Assembly: GCA_964252035.1 (NCBI GenBank)
Contig: OZ176201.1
Origin: Podarcis erhardii
Taxonomy: Eukaryota
Direction: 5' to 3' (one strand)
Length of the DNA stretch: 64,000 nucleotides
Below, in pieces: positions 61,831 to 64,000 of this stretch (position 1 is the stretch's first letter; the number at the start of each line of letters is the position of its first letter). A program made the translations under genes and the position numbers. A model generated the notes under the pieces. That model saw nothing but the letters and a program-made list of their open reading frames with translations, had not been told where the DNA came from and did not search any database.

Positions 61831-62894
61831 GCATTTCTTTATGTAGTGAAGTTTTAAGAGCAGTAGCGGGATCAAAAAGCAGGTGAAATTACCTGTGGTT
61901 CATAATTATGGTAATTTTAGGTGGAACTAACAGATAACTACTTGAATTTTTGCAGACGTTTTGAAGTACTGTACATGAAATTGCTCACACATACAGTGAA
62001 ACTTAACCATTTTTATTACCGATTTATCAAAATGAAAGAGTTGAGCATGTGCTTAAAATTGTCCATAGTAGTAGATTGGATCAAAAAGTGCTTAAGTTGC
62101 CAGAAGTATATCCATAAGGTAGAACTGACTATGGAGATGACAGTTTTCTCCAAGTTTGTCACAGTGTGGTTTACAAAAACACACACACAAAAAAAAAAAC
62201 CAGTATGAAGCAAAAAACACAACAAGCAAAAGCAAAATAAAGCATCATGAAATGTACGGTAGTTGATTTTGTCCAGACTCTGGGTGACTGTTGCGAATAC
62301 AGGATTCCTTTATGTATGCAATGAAACAATTCGTATAAATGAACAAAAACCCTATTTTTATCACCTTAGAAAATTTTCTTTATGTTCTAACATCTCTAAC
62401 TCTTATAAAAAATAAAAGAATGACGGGAGGAATTCACTGTAGTGCTAAGCAGATTGCTCCATCTGTGCCCTGAGCCAACTTTGGGGGAGGCAGGGGTGGA
62501 ACGCAGAAGGAAGAGAGGGTATCGTTAGTTGAATCCTTACTACTAGTGGAGCAAGAAGAAAAAAGATTGTCTTTCTAATTTTAGAATATATGAGGACGAC
62601 GTGATTATTATTATTTTTGGTCTAGAGCAACTGTAATGAATTTGAAGCACTTACGTAAGCATGTGAAATATAGATTATAAGGAAACTGTTCTAAGGAGAT
62701 GTAGGATTTGTGTAAGGTGGCCCAACAGGCTGGGATCAGGAATTGACTACAAGGACAATTCAATTTATGAGTTGAATGTGCCTGCTGAAATATTACTTAA
62801 AATTCCCTTATGTTCTGTCAAAATTCTATCAAACTAGAGGCTGTGGCACCAAGGGTATGTACCACCATACAAAGTGGATGCAGTAGCAGGGCAC

Positions 62895-62895
62895 T

Positions 62896-62951
<56 letters not shown>

Positions 62952-62979
62952 AAGAAAAGAAAGAAAGAAAGAAAGAAAG
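62895..62979. repeat. Compound microsatellite (TG)13(AG)n(GAAA)n
   Basis: Read directly from the sequence. Confidence 0.95.
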
Positions 62980-63881
62980 GAAATATGAAGCAAAATAAAT
63001 GAAGAATTTGACATTTTAAAGAGAGAAGTGTTTACTGAACCGGCTAAACATAAAGCTACTTATTTTAAGAAGGCTAGGGATGGCATTAACAGATTACGTA
63101 CTGAGCTATGTAAGGCACAAGCAAATAAGATGCTGCAATGTATATTTGGTACCTAAAGGCAGATCAATATTAACAAAGACTCGGCTGTTTCATTTAATAA
63201 ATCTGTTAGGTTATTCTTTAGATAATGGGCATACATCCTTCTATCCACCCCCACCTCCCCCCAAAAATATTGTATTCTTGGGCTCTTGCTTGGATTCATT
63301 GTGCATCACACATCCATATGGGTAGTTGAAACAGATAAGCAGCAATATTGCAACTTTTTAGGAAAGGTTTTCCACAAGACAAGGGCGGATATCCTTTCAG
63401 CTTCATGTGCTTGATGACATTGTGGTGGTTTGGGCTTCATGACAGTGGTATTTTGATGATCCTCTGTATCATGAATGTCCCATAATAGTCCTTGTATTAA
63501 ATTAGGAGCTAAAACAAAGTAAGTTGCTTGCCATGCATCCTTCACTGCATCCAGATTTGTCTACGTATAGTAAAGCTGTAGTGAAGCAGGGTAACAATAC
63601 GAGTGTTTTTAAGACCTGTACTGTATGTGGTAAAAGTTAGTTACTGCCATTCTATTTTTAAGTTTATTTCTTGGTCACATGTACAACAAATTTTCAAGGG
63701 GAAAAATCTTCAATGTAACAGCTATAAATACAGTGAGAAAATGTCTATAGCAGGCCTAGATAAAAGCATTTAGTTAGTTATAGACATCTGTTGCTTTCAC
63801 TTTTCAGGGAACAAAGGACAGTTTTAAATGTTCTACAAAGGAGAACCAGTAGCTGACATAAGACTTTCCTTGGTTATTAGA

Positions 63882-64000
63882 TAGATAGGCAAACTCGGCC
63901 TTCTAGATGTTTTGGGACTACAACTCCCATCATCCGTAGCTAACAGGACCGGTGGTCAGGGAGTTGTAGTCGCAAAACATCTGGAGGGCCGAGTTTGCCT
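63882..64000. mobile_element. Short hAT MITE, related family, cut by the window end
   Basis: ggcaaactcggcc...gatgttttgggactacaactccc...catctggagggccgagtttgcct. Confidence 0.8.

Noticed and set aside
42139-64000. Further SLMAP coding exons (expected FYLQDTKSSNGTF...)
   Set aside because: I did not find the expected peptide with splice sites by eye. The intron probably extends past the window.

Overview
This is vertebrate genomic DNA from a squamate reptile. A lacertid lizard is likely, inferred from Sauria/Squam-type SINEs, CR1 LINEs with (ATTCTATG)n tails and the MITE families present. The window holds two head-to-head genes about 12 kb apart, each with its own CpG island. (1) DENND6A is complete on the - strand: I traced 20 GT-AG coding exons from the ATG at 28325 to the TGA at 4004 (1779 nt, 592 aa), followed by a probable 3.3-4 kb 3' UTR. 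(2) SLMAP begins on the + strand with a GC-rich leader exon, a 184-nt intron, a long uORF-rich leader and the first coding exon (41941-42138, FHA domain N-part). I did not see its next coding exon in the remaining ~22 kb. Introns and the intergenic region are dense with transposon relics: two young inverted CR1 3' fragments, older CR1/L2/other LINE pieces, hAT MITEs with 8-bp TSDs, Tigger- and Tc2-like TA-TSD MITEs, SINEs, a Gypsy-type solo LTR with a 5-bp TSD and a Gypsy integrase relic. I found no CRISPR array, rRNA or tRNA gene, and no clearly new multi-gene system. The best leads are: a spliced uORF and complex leader on SLMAP; a cryptic Arg-rich reading frame in the solo LTR; an inverted CR1 pair whose recombination would give in-frame DENND6A/SLMAP chimeras; hAT MITEs with unrelated CpG-rich interiors; an apparent 6-nt acceptor slide in the last DENND6A exon; and a CLEAR-like E-box at the DENND6A promoter. 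Gene identities rest on my recall of the vertebrate proteins; no database search was run.
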